Below are positions 42,009 to 50,200 of a DNA stretch of 64,000 bases, one piece after another; the stretch's first letter is position 1; the number at the start of each line of letters is the position of its first letter. Both the position numbers and the translations under genes were made by a program. The notes beneath the pieces are model-generated. The model ran no database searches and was not told where the DNA came from. It saw only the letters and a list, made by a program, of their open reading frames with translations. This DNA is from Candidatus Roizmanbacteria bacterium RIFCSPLOWO2_02_FULL_40_13 (lineage in GTDB: Bacteria; Patescibacteriota; Microgenomatia; UBA1406; GWC2-37-13), in the NCBI GenBank assembly GCA_001789965.1, contig MGBA01000021.1, positions 28,507 through 92,506 of the forward strand. The letters run 5' to 3'.

Positions 42009-42685
42009 AAAAAATAGTTAGTTTTTTTGCAATTTTTATTTTGGTTTCGCAGATGTCATTATTTGCGCAGGGGAAAGTGGCGACACCAACTGCTCAAGAA
42101 AATGGCATACAACAGCTGAAGGATAAACTGGAAGAAAAAGTAGTCGAACTTCAAAAAAAAGATCAAAAAGCTATAACGGGAATAGTCTCTGAAAACAAGA
42201 AAAGTACGGTTACTATTAAATCTGCCGACGGAACCGTTTATAGAATTAAGATAGACAACGTAATAACCAAATTATATGATGTTGCCTCAGGTGATAAAAA
42301 AGAGTTTAAGATTGACGATCTTGAAAAAGGCGACTTCATCATAGTTTCTGGCCCTGTGAGCGATCAAGTCGCAACTGCTAACAATATTTACAGGGACGTC
42401 CAGTATCTTATGGGTTCAGGGAAAATAACAGAAGCTAATGCTACTGATTTTTTCTTGAAGGTGTTGACGCCTGAAAAAGAAACTCTCACGCTTGACGTGG
42501 AGGACAGCACGAAAAGATTCTTGATAGATGTTAAGACTTTTGAGGCGGAAACAATAGGGTTTGCCAAAATTAAAGAAGGGGACACTATTCACTACGTTGT
42601 TAAAAGGACAGGAACTGAGCGGGAAAAAAACAGGTATTCTGCAACTAAAATTCTTATCATTCCGCAGGAATATTTTCAGAAATAG
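42005..42685 (+). CDS. Secreted protein with two tandem beta-rich domains, function unknown
   Basis: 226-aa ORF with a signal-peptide-like N-terminus (FAIFILVSQMSLFAQG). Two ~80-aa segments each end in [KE][KE]GD-hhh-V. ATGA overlap with the upstream gene. Confidence 0.45.
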   Translation: MKKIVSFFAIFILVSQMSLFAQGKVATPTAQENGIQQLKDKLEEKVVELQKKDQKAITGIVSENKKSTVTIKSADGTVYRIKIDNVITKLYDVASGDKKEFKIDDLEKGDFIIVSGPVSDQVATANNIYRDVQYLMGSGKITEANATDFFLKVLTPEKETLTLDVEDSTKRFLIDVKTFEAETIGFAKIKEGDTIHYVVKRTGTEREKNRYSATKILIIPQEYFQK

Positions 42686-42698
42686 GATAACGCGCAAC

Positions 42699-42769
42699 AT
42701 GGAGCGTGGAACACGTAACATGTGCTAGACTTAATACGCTCTATGCTCCACGTTCTAAGTTCCATTTTT
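42699..42769 (+). promoter_or_regulatory. Structured element upstream of secA with alternative hairpins, one followed by a T-run
   Basis: ATGGAGCGTGGAAC (42699-42712) can pair with 42740-42750 (11 bp, 2 G-U). Alternatively it can pair with GTTCTAAGTTCCAT (42752-42765; 14 positions, 1 mismatch, 2 G-U), which is followed by TTTT. Folded by eye only. Confidence 0.2.
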
Positions 42770-42773
42770 GCCT

Positions 42774-45557
42774 ATGTTCAACTTTTTTAAAAAACTACTG
42801 GATCTCAATGAAAAGGAAGTAACCCGATATCAAAAAAAAGTATCGGAGATAAACGACTTAGAAGACAAAGCCCGAAAACTCAAAGACAGTGATTTTAAAA
42901 GAGAAACCGAAAAGCTAAAGAAACAAGCTCAAACCGAAGGACAGGATCTCCATGAGATTTTGCCATGGGCCTTTGCCTTAGTAAGAGAAGCAGCACGTAG
43001 AACTCTCGGACTGCGACATTTTGACGTGCAACTTGTAGCAGGACAGGCACTTTTTGAGGGAAAGATTACCGAACAAAAAACAGGAGAGGGAAAAACATTA
43101 TCTGCAACAACCGCTCTATATCTTCATGCATTAAAAGGAAAAGGAGCTCATCTGGTCACGGTCAATGATTATCTTGCAAGGCGTGACGCTGGATGGATGG
43201 GGGGGATCTTTCATTTCCTCGGACTTACGACGTCAGCAATGATTTCAGAGAGTTCTTATATCTATGATCCTTCGTATAAGGATAAAGAAGCTTCTGATTG
43301 GAGACTATTTCATTTGAAGCCCATCTCAAGAAAGGAAACATATGAGGCTGACATAACATATGGCATTAACAGTGAATTCGGATTTGATTATCTCCGTGAT
43401 AATATGGCTAATCGTCTTACTGATATCGCACAGCGAGAATATTATTTTGCGATTATAGACGAGGCAGACTCGGTTCTTATCGATGAGGCGAGAACTCCAC
43501 ATATCATCTCGGCTCCGTTTGAACAGGATGTGAGTAAGTACTATCAATATGCGCAAATCGTGAAGCAACTTGCAGCAGAAACAGATTATGTAATTGATGA
43601 AAAAGCACGTACTGCAAATCTTACCGAGTCCGGGATAGGAAAAATCGAAGCAGCGCTTGGAGTGGAAAATATTTATGAAAAAGATTTCAATACCTTGTTT
43701 CACGTAGAGGCCGCACTAAAAGCTGAAACTTTATTTAAAATCGATAAAGACTATATCGTGCGGGAAAACGAGGTTGTAATCGTTGATGAGTTTACCGGGA
43801 GACTTCTGCAGGGGAGGCGTTTTTCCGAAGGAATTCATCAGGCGCTTGAAGCAAAAGAAAATGTCGAAATTCAAAAAGAATCAAAAACTCTCGCCACGAT
43901 ATCCCTTCAAAATTACTTTCGTAAGTATAAAGTATTATCCGGGATGACCGGTACCGCAGCAACCGAAGCAGAGGAGTTTAACAAAATCTACAAGACAGAC
44001 GTGGTTGTAGTTCCGACTCACCGCAACATGATACGAAAAGACGAATCGGACATGATTTATAAAACAGAGAGGGCAAAGTATAACGCGGTGATAGAAGAAG
44101 CAACGGAAAATTATAAAAAGGGAAGACCCGTACTAATAGGCACCACATCTATTGAAAAAAACGAATTGGTTTCACGTCTCTTCAAAGAAAAAAATGTTCC
44201 ACATCAGCTATTGAATGCAAAAAATCATGAGGGGGAGGCGCAGATAATCGCAAAAGCAGGGGAGAAGGGGATGATTACTGTTGCAACCAATATGGCAGGA
44301 CGGGGAGTCGATATCATACTGGGAGGCATGCCGCCAAATGAGGACGAGACAGACACCAAGAAAAATAAAGAAAAAATTCAAAAGGAAAAACAAGCATGGC
44401 AGAAGAAGCACGATGAAGTTGTTGAACTCGGCGGACTGTATGTAATCGGAACAGAAAGACATGAGTCAAGAAGAATTGATAACCAGCTCCGAGGTCGATC
44501 AGGAAGGCAGGGAGATCCTGGTGAGACGCGTTTCTTTGTTTCACTTGAAGATGACCTGATGAGGATTTTCGGAGGAGAGCAGATCGCCAAACTCATGAAC
44601 TTTTTCAATCTTCCGGAAGATCAACCTTTGACGCATTCTATGGTAACAAAAGCAATTGAACAGGCGCAGGTGAAGGTTGAAGGCTACAACTTTGATATCC
44701 GCAAACACCTCGTTGAATTCGACGATGTTTTAAATAAACAAAGAGAGATTATCTATGATCTTCGAAGAAAAATTCTTTATTCTTTTGATGGAAAAGACAA
44801 TACGTTTCAAGATGTGGTCTTTGAGATTTTTGATGAGGAGGTAAACATTCTCGTTAATAGTCACATGATTGATGAACCCACAACCGATGACATTAAAATT
44901 ACGAATCTTATCGTTTCCGAAGCGCACCTTATCGTTCCTGTCGAACCACCCAAAATAAAAACTTTTATTACAAAAAAAGACACAGAGGGTTTAATTGAAT
45001 ACTTAAGCAAAAAGATTCGCGATGAGTATGCCCAAAAAGAAAAGAAGCTAGGGAAATCAGTCTGGAACGAGATAGTTCAGGTGGTATTTCTCTCAACAAT
45101 AGATACGTACATCACCGAACATCTTACATCCATCGCAGATCTGAGAGAGGGTATTAACTTAAGGGGGTACGCGCAGATGGATCCACTGGTTGAGTACAAG
45201 AATGAAGCCTATAAGATGTTTGAGAAGCTGATGGGGGATATAAAGTTTGAAATCACAAGGCGCATCTTTAAGGTTGAGGTTCAGCATCATCATCACGACG
45301 AGAAGAAAGAATTAATTCTTGATAAGCCTGCGGTAAATGCATTTGAGGTCTCCCCCATTCCAGAAAAACCAGAAGTACATTTACCGACGTCTGAGGAAGT
45401 AGTAGCTCCTCCGGTTGAAGAAATTCCACAAGAAGAACAAACAGTTGCAGGTTTCAAACTCACTCCTCCGGGTACAAAATCGCGAAAAATCGGTCGAAAT
45501 GACCCATGTTGGTGTGGCTCCGGCAAAAAGTACAAAAAATGCCACTACCCAGACTAA
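42774..45557 (+). CDS. secA: Preprotein translocase ATPase SecA
   Basis: DEAD-motor motifs (TGEGKTL, DEADSVLIDEARTP, TNMAGRGVDI, GRSGRQGDPG) and a C-terminal zinc motif CWCGSGKKYKKCH. I prefer the ATG at 42774; the track start at 42768 is a TTG. Confidence 0.96.
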   Translation: MFNFFKKLLDLNEKEVTRYQKKVSEINDLEDKARKLKDSDFKRETEKLKKQAQTEGQDLHEILPWAFALVREAARRTLGLRHFDVQLVAGQALFEGKITEQKTGEGKTLSATTALYLHALKGKGAHLVTVNDYLARRDAGWMGGIFHFLGLTTSAMISESSYIYDPSYKDKEASDWRLFHLKPISRKETYEADITYGINSEFGFDYLRDNMANRLTDIAQREYYFAIIDEADSVLIDEARTPHIISAPFEQDVSKYYQYAQIVKQLAAETDYVIDEKARTANLTESGIGKIEAALGVENIYEKDFNTLFHVEAALKAETLFKIDKDYIVRENEVVIVDEFTGRLLQGRRFSEGIHQALEAKENVEIQKESKTLATISLQNYFRKYKVLSGMTGTAATEAEEFNKIYKTDVVVVPTHRNMIRKDESDMIYKTERAKYNAVIEEATENYKKGRPVLIGTTSIEKNELVSRLFKEKNVPHQLLNAKNHEGEAQIIAKAGEKGMITVATNMAGRGVDIILGGMPPNEDETDTKKNKEKIQKEKQAWQKKHDEVVELGGLYVIGTERHESRRIDNQLRGRSGRQGDPGETRFFVSLEDDLMRIFGGEQIAKLMNFFNLPEDQPLTHSMVTKAIEQAQVKVEGYNFDIRKHLVEFDDVLNKQREIIYDLRRKILYSFDGKDNTFQDVVFEIFDEEVNILVNSHMIDEPTTDDIKITNLIVSEAHLIVPVEPPKIKTFITKKDTEGLIEYLSKKIRDEYAQKEKKLGKSVWNEIVQVVFLSTIDTYITEHLTSIADLREGINLRGYAQMDPLVEYKNEAYKMFEKLMGDIKFEITRRIFKVEVQHHHHDEKKELILDKPAVNAFEVSPIPEKPEVHLPTSEEVVAPPVEEIPQEEQTVAGFKLTPPGTKSRKIGRNDPCWCGSGKKYKKCHYPD

Positions 45558-45583
45558 GAATTTTTCACTAGTATAATCAAAAT

Positions 45584-45979
45584 ATGGACTACACAGGAGT
45601 TATTATTGAGGAAAGCCTAGACGATAAGGAAGTACTTAAACATGTAAGAATAACTAACACTAATATTGAAGAAGCTACCCCTAAACATCGGACTCCATGG
45701 ATAAATCAATGGACCTTACATACCGTCGAAATAACAGAAGATAAAGCAAAAGAAATCGCCGAACAATTGAGTCGATCCTTGGATAAAGATCATGCTAATG
45801 CGTGGTATGCAGACTTTAAAAACGAGAATTATCATTACATAATTTATCGAGGAAAAATATTTCAAATTGATCTGAAGAATCCTGTTCTCTACAAAGAGGC
45901 AAGTAAATACGGAGTTTCTATTGGCATTCCTGATTATCAAGTAGATTTTGCACCGGATGATAAAGTTTGGGAAAGATGA
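45584..45979 (+). CDS. Hypothetical cytoplasmic protein
   Basis: 131-aa ORF with normal composition, 27 nt downstream of secA. I recognise no family. Confidence 0.4.
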   Translation: MDYTGVIIEESLDDKEVLKHVRITNTNIEEATPKHRTPWINQWTLHTVEITEDKAKEIAEQLSRSLDKDHANAWYADFKNENYHYIIYRGKIFQIDLKNPVLYKEASKYGVSIGIPDYQVDFAPDDKVWER

Positions 45980-45984
45980 TTATT

Positions 45985-47757
45985 TTAACTGACGTAGTCT
46001 TCAGATTCGAAGAGGAAGCGGGATTTGAGGGCTTCACCGCGTCGTCCAAAAATAGTCCTTCTTTTCGTGTAGGTAATATATAGTCTCTTTCGGGCGCGAG
46101 TTATTCCCACATAAAATAGTCGTCTTTCTTCCTCAAGCTGGAAGTAGTCATCTATAGAGCGTGAATGGGGTAGTATCCCCTCTTCAACTCCCACGATAAA
46201 GACAACGTCAAACTCCAGTCCTTTTGCCTGATGAAGCGTCATGAGCTTTACCCCATCTTTTGGTCCCCTCTTCTCTTTTTCAAAATACTCGGATTCAACA
46301 AGTGCAACCTGTTCTAAAAACTCCACCACGTTCGGAAAACTAATCGCGACCGATTTAAGTTCTTTTATATTCTCTATCCGCATGGCATCTTCCGGATCAA
46401 TAACGCTATAAAGATCAAGATAATTAGTTGACTCAAAAACCTTCTCCATCAGAATCTCTGTCGAGAAATCTTCGTAAGATTCTTTGATTTCGTTATAAAG
46501 TTTTGCAAATCCTTCAAACCGTTTCTTTCCTATTTTTACTGCCCGGTCTCTTGCCACAGAGTCTTTAGGGTTTACTAAAAGCTTTAGATAGGCGAGTATG
46601 TCTTTTATCTCTTTTCTTTCGTAAAATCGGGTGCCACCGACTAAAACATAGGGAGTTCCCACGTGAAGAAATGCTTCTTCGATGATGCGCGATTGAGCAT
46701 TAGTCCGGTACAAAACGGCAAAGGAGCTGTAGGGATATTCATCTTTCATCTTTTCAATCTCCTGTGTTATGTAAACCGCTTCTTCTTGCTCATTATCACT
46801 CTCAAAGAAAACAATTTCTTCGCCCTGTATGTTTTCAGACATGAGGTGGAGGATTGGATGACTTTTATTTTTCGAGATGATTTTATAAGCAAAGTCTAAA
46901 ATCGTTTGAGAAGATCGGTAATTCCGTTCAAGGTTAAAAACTTTCGCCTTCTCAAAATCTTTTTGGAACTTTTCAAGATTCGTTATATCCGCTCCACGAA
47001 ATGAGTAAATACTTTGGGAGAAGTCCCCTACTATCGTTATATTTTTGTATTTGTCTGCAAGGAGTCTAGTAATTGCGTACTGTGCAAGATTGGTATCTTG
47101 AAATTCATCAACGAGTATATATCTGTGGCGATTTTGATATTTTTCCAGAATCTCGGGGTGAAACGTAAAAAGTTCGACAACCTTAACCAGAAGATCGTCA
47201 AAGTCCAGAGCATCACTTTTCCTTAGCTCTTTTTGATAGGCGTCATAGATTTTATGAACCTCTTTTGCCTGATAATCGGTAAAAACTTCAAGATAACGGG
47301 ATGGAGGAATAAGCTCATTTTTTGCAAGAGATATCCTATAAAGGAAGTAAGAAGGGCTAAATTTGGAACTGCCCTTTTCCTTTATTATCTTGCGGATGAG
47401 CGCCAGTTGATCCCCGTCGTCATAGATAACAAATTTATTAGAGAAACCAAGTAAGGCGCCGTTAATTCTCAAGAGCTTTGCGCAAAATGCATGAAAGGTG
47501 CCGATATAGCCAAGAGACTCACCCGTGGGATTGAATGCTTGTATCCGGTTTTTCATCTCAGAAGCCGCTTTATTGGTAAAGGTGATCATTACGATCGAAT
47601 AGGGACTTATATCGTTTTCGATAAGATTTTGTACCTTATGGACTAATACGCGTGTTTTTCCCGATCCTGCACCTGCAAGGATGAGGGAAGGGCCTTTTAT
47701 ATGGGAAACTGCGTCATGTTGGTGTTGATTTAGGTTCTTGAAGATCTTTGTATTCAT
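45985..47757 (-). CDS. UvrD/PcrA-family superfamily 1 DNA helicase (compact)
   Basis: 590-aa ORF. Walker A AGAGSGKT, DEFQDTN, motif VI VGITRARKRLYITY. Confidence 0.9.
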   Translation of the reverse strand: MNTKIFKNLNQHQHDAVSHIKGPSLILAGAGSGKTRVLVHKVQNLIENDISPYSIVMITFTNKAASEMKNRIQAFNPTGESLGYIGTFHAFCAKLLRINGALLGFSNKFVIYDDGDQLALIRKIIKEKGSSKFSPSYFLYRISLAKNELIPPSRYLEVFTDYQAKEVHKIYDAYQKELRKSDALDFDDLLVKVVELFTFHPEILEKYQNRHRYILVDEFQDTNLAQYAITRLLADKYKNITIVGDFSQSIYSFRGADITNLEKFQKDFEKAKVFNLERNYRSSQTILDFAYKIISKNKSHPILHLMSENIQGEEIVFFESDNEQEEAVYITQEIEKMKDEYPYSSFAVLYRTNAQSRIIEEAFLHVGTPYVLVGGTRFYERKEIKDILAYLKLLVNPKDSVARDRAVKIGKKRFEGFAKLYNEIKESYEDFSTEILMEKVFESTNYLDLYSVIDPEDAMRIENIKELKSVAISFPNVVEFLEQVALVESEYFEKEKRGPKDGVKLMTLHQAKGLEFDVVFIVGVEEGILPHSRSIDDYFQLEEERRLFYVGITRARKRLYITYTKRRTIFGRRGEALKSRFLFESEDYVS

Positions 47758-47767
47758 ACCATATAAT
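47738..47767 (+). promoter_or_regulatory. Candidate promoter for tpiA (TTGAAG-18-TATAAT)
   Basis: A consensus TATAAT lies 19 nt upstream of the ATG at 47787. The -35-like TTGAAG lies inside the 5' end of the divergent helicase gene. Confidence 0.35.
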
Positions 47768-47786
47768 AAATAAACGACACTTTTGT

Positions 47787-48458
47787 ATGAAATACATTAT
47801 AGCGAATTGGAAAGCTCATAAAACTCTGGAGGAAGCGTCAGCTTGGGTGGACTCAGTAAATAAACAAATTTCTCAAACTCCAGACGTACAGCGGAAACTG
47901 GAAGATGACGAATTGATAATTCTAATTGCTGCGCCATTCCCCTTTCTGGTTCCACTTTCTCAGAAGATCTCGCAAAAAAATCTAGCTGTTGCCGCTCAAG
48001 ACGTTTCTGTTTATGGCGAGGGAGCATATACCGGCGAAGTTACTGCAAAAATGCTCAAGGGAGTCACGACCCATGTTTTAATCGGACACAGCGAACGAAA
48101 GGATTATTTCCACGAGACTGACGAGGTGGTGTTAAAAAAATCAGAACAGGTACTGTCACAAGGACTTTCGCCCATCTTCTGTATTCAAAACGAATCCAAT
48201 AAAATACCCGAGGGAGCAAACATTATCGCCTATGACCCAAAAGAAGCAATTGGTACTGGAAAAAATGTTCCGGGAGAAGAGACTGCAACATTCAGAAAAA
48301 AATTAAATCTTTTTCCGGATGCGGTATTTCTCTATGGCGGTAGCGTTAACCCAGAAAGTATTGATGAGTATCTATCACATCCTGAGATAAATGGTTTTCT
48401 GGTGGGCGGTTCATCTCTTGATCCTGAGGAGTTTTTCGAACTGGTGAAAAAACTATGA
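47787..48458 (+). CDS. tpiA: Triosephosphate isomerase (short, with Asp at the catalytic Glu position)
   Basis: IANWKAHK (catalytic Lys), IGHSERK (His), AYDPKEAIGTG (loop 6) and YGGSV. I prefer the ATG at 47787; the track start at 47748 is a TTG overlapping the helicase start. Confidence 0.85.
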   Translation: MKYIIANWKAHKTLEEASAWVDSVNKQISQTPDVQRKLEDDELIILIAAPFPFLVPLSQKISQKNLAVAAQDVSVYGEGAYTGEVTAKMLKGVTTHVLIGHSERKDYFHETDEVVLKKSEQVLSQGLSPIFCIQNESNKIPEGANIIAYDPKEAIGTGKNVPGEETATFRKKLNLFPDAVFLYGGSVNPESIDEYLSHPEINGFLVGGSSLDPEEFFELVKKL

Positions 48459-49501
48459 AGGGTCCAGTATCTTCAAAAAAAGTAAAAATCTGGATCATCG
48501 GAATCGCAATTTTACTTTTCGTACTAATTTTCTTTGGCCCTTATTATCTTTTCCTCACAAGGGATCTTAAAATTTCTCCATTTCAAACTCTTTTTCTCTC
48601 AGGTGGTCTAAGAAAAGTAAACGATCAGGTAAATGTGCTCATTTTGGGAATTCCCGGTGGAAATCATGACGGTCCTTTGTTATCCGATTCTATGATTGTT
48701 CTCAACTATGACTTTAATAAAAGGAGAGCCGTGACCATAGGAATGCCCAGAGATGTGTGGAGCGCGACCTTGCAGGATCGTTTAAATTCAGCATACGCCT
48801 ACGGAGAAGCGAAAAAACCCGGTGGCGGACTCACTCTTGCAAAGGCAGAAGTCGGCGCGGTCGTAGGAATGCCGATTCAGTATGTGGTTGTAATGAATTT
48901 TAGCGAATTTAAAGATATTATTGATTACTTCGGAGGTATAGACATCGAAGTAAAGAATTCATTTACCGATAAAAAATTTCCTCTTGAAGGTAAGGAGAGC
49001 GACGAATGTAATGGTGATGCGGAGTATCGTTGTAGATATGAAACGGTTCACTTCACCCAAGGAAAACAACATATGGATGGTAATACAGCACTGAAATTTG
49101 TGAGATCGCGAAATGCAATCGGAAAAGAAGGAAGTGATTTTGCACGTAGTCTCCGTCAGCAAGCAGTTACCGAAGAAATGAAAGGAAAAATAGTAAAAAC
49201 AGCCTTTACCTTTAACCTCGGAAAAATAAAAGAAATGTATTCAATTCTTGACAAATCTGTTCAAAGAGACATTAGCAATCAACAGGCAGCCGCTCTCGGC
49301 AAGAAATTGATATTTGATGGGAAGTTTTATGAAAAAAACTTTGGACTTCCGCGGGAGTTATTTACTATACCCGACGGAAGTGATTATGAGGGGAAATACG
49401 TGCTCATACCAGCTGTAAGTTTCCAGAATGTCTACGATTACACCCATTGTCTTTTATCAAAAGAAGATGAAGTGAAATGCAGTTCTTTAGTAAAGAATTG
49501 A
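48455..49501 (+). CDS. LytR-CpsA-Psr (LCP) family cell-wall glycopolymer transferase
   Basis: 348-aa ORF. N-terminal TM segment and LCP motifs LILGIPGG...LSDSMIVLNYD...GMPRDVW, ALKFVRSR. Confidence 0.85.
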   Translation: MKGPVSSKKVKIWIIGIAILLFVLIFFGPYYLFLTRDLKISPFQTLFLSGGLRKVNDQVNVLILGIPGGNHDGPLLSDSMIVLNYDFNKRRAVTIGMPRDVWSATLQDRLNSAYAYGEAKKPGGGLTLAKAEVGAVVGMPIQYVVVMNFSEFKDIIDYFGGIDIEVKNSFTDKKFPLEGKESDECNGDAEYRCRYETVHFTQGKQHMDGNTALKFVRSRNAIGKEGSDFARSLRQQAVTEEMKGKIVKTAFTFNLGKIKEMYSILDKSVQRDISNQQAAALGKKLIFDGKFYEKNFGLPRELFTIPDGSDYEGKYVLIPAVSFQNVYDYTHCLLSKEDEVKCSSLVKN

Positions 49502-50197
49502 GAAGAAAACCGTTAAAGCTCCTAGAAGTAAGATAAATAACTGAGGTTGAACTGTTGCCGCAACCGGCAAAGTCTGAGGAGTTGTAGGTGTAGGACTACT
49601 CACAGAGGCTACCGCAGCTTTTGTAGGAGTAAGTGTCGCGCTTGCGGATGTTGAAATTAACGTTACGGTTGGTGTACCCGTGGTCGTCTCAGGTCCGCCT
49701 ACGGGAGGAGTTGTGGGCGTGATACTTTCTATAGGTACGCCCGTAACAGTAGGTGTTACATTTTCAGCAAGCACCACATCTGTTGGAGTTGGCGTGACGA
49801 AAAGAGCTTCTTGAGTAATTTCCGGAGATGGGCCTTCAGTTACATTCACATCTGCACGTGTTCTTATCGGAGGAGGAACTTCTTCGGGAGTTTGAGTGCT
49901 TTGAATTGTGACAAATAAAATGACGCCAAGAAAAGCAATAAGGGTAACAGCTATCATCACGGCAAGATTCTTATGCTTTTTTAGCGTTTTCGGTTTTTCA
50001 TTTTCAGAACTGGGTGCTGGAGTATAGTTATGAGCTTGTACTACGCGTGAGGGATTAAACGTCGGAATTTTGGGTTTTTCCTTTTTCTTTTTTTCCTTTT
50101 GAAATAAGTAAAATTCATATCCCAAAACTCCAAGAGTTAAAATAAAGAAAAAAATACTGACTTTATTGACTGAACCTAACAACTCAAGTACATCCAT
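49487..50197 (-). CDS. Thr/Pro-rich surface protein with N- and C-terminal TM segments
   Basis: 236-aa ORF. Two N-terminal TM segments flank a Lys-rich loop. A ~100-aa mucin-like T/P/V region follows, then a C-terminal LPVAATVQPQ and a hydrophobic tail. Confidence 0.5.
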   Translation of the reverse strand: MDVLELLGSVNKVSIFFFILTLGVLGYEFYLFQKEKKKKEKPKIPTFNPSRVVQAHNYTPAPSSENEKPKTLKKHKNLAVMIAVTLIAFLGVILFVTIQSTQTPEEVPPPIRTRADVNVTEGPSPEITQEALFVTPTPTDVVLAENVTPTVTGVPIESITPTTPPVGGPETTTGTPTVTLISTSASATLTPTKAAVASVSSPTPTTPQTLPVAATVQPQLFILLLGALTVFFSILY

Positions 50198-50200
50198 ACC

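Noticed and set aside
42768-42773. TTG start for secA given by the ORF track. Similar non-ATG track starts occur at 6619 (L6), 21149 (VanW-family) and 47748 (tpiA).
   Set aside because: In each case an in-frame ATG a few codons downstream gives an N-terminus matching the family consensus. It also removes an overlap with the neighbouring gene.
49560-49830. A possible DNA tandem repeat or CRISPR-like periodicity in the Thr/Pro-rich region
   Set aside because: The repetition is only a codon-level compositional bias (ACN/CCN/GTN) within a continuous ORF. There are no exact repeat units or unique spacers. No CRISPR-like array was seen anywhere in the window.
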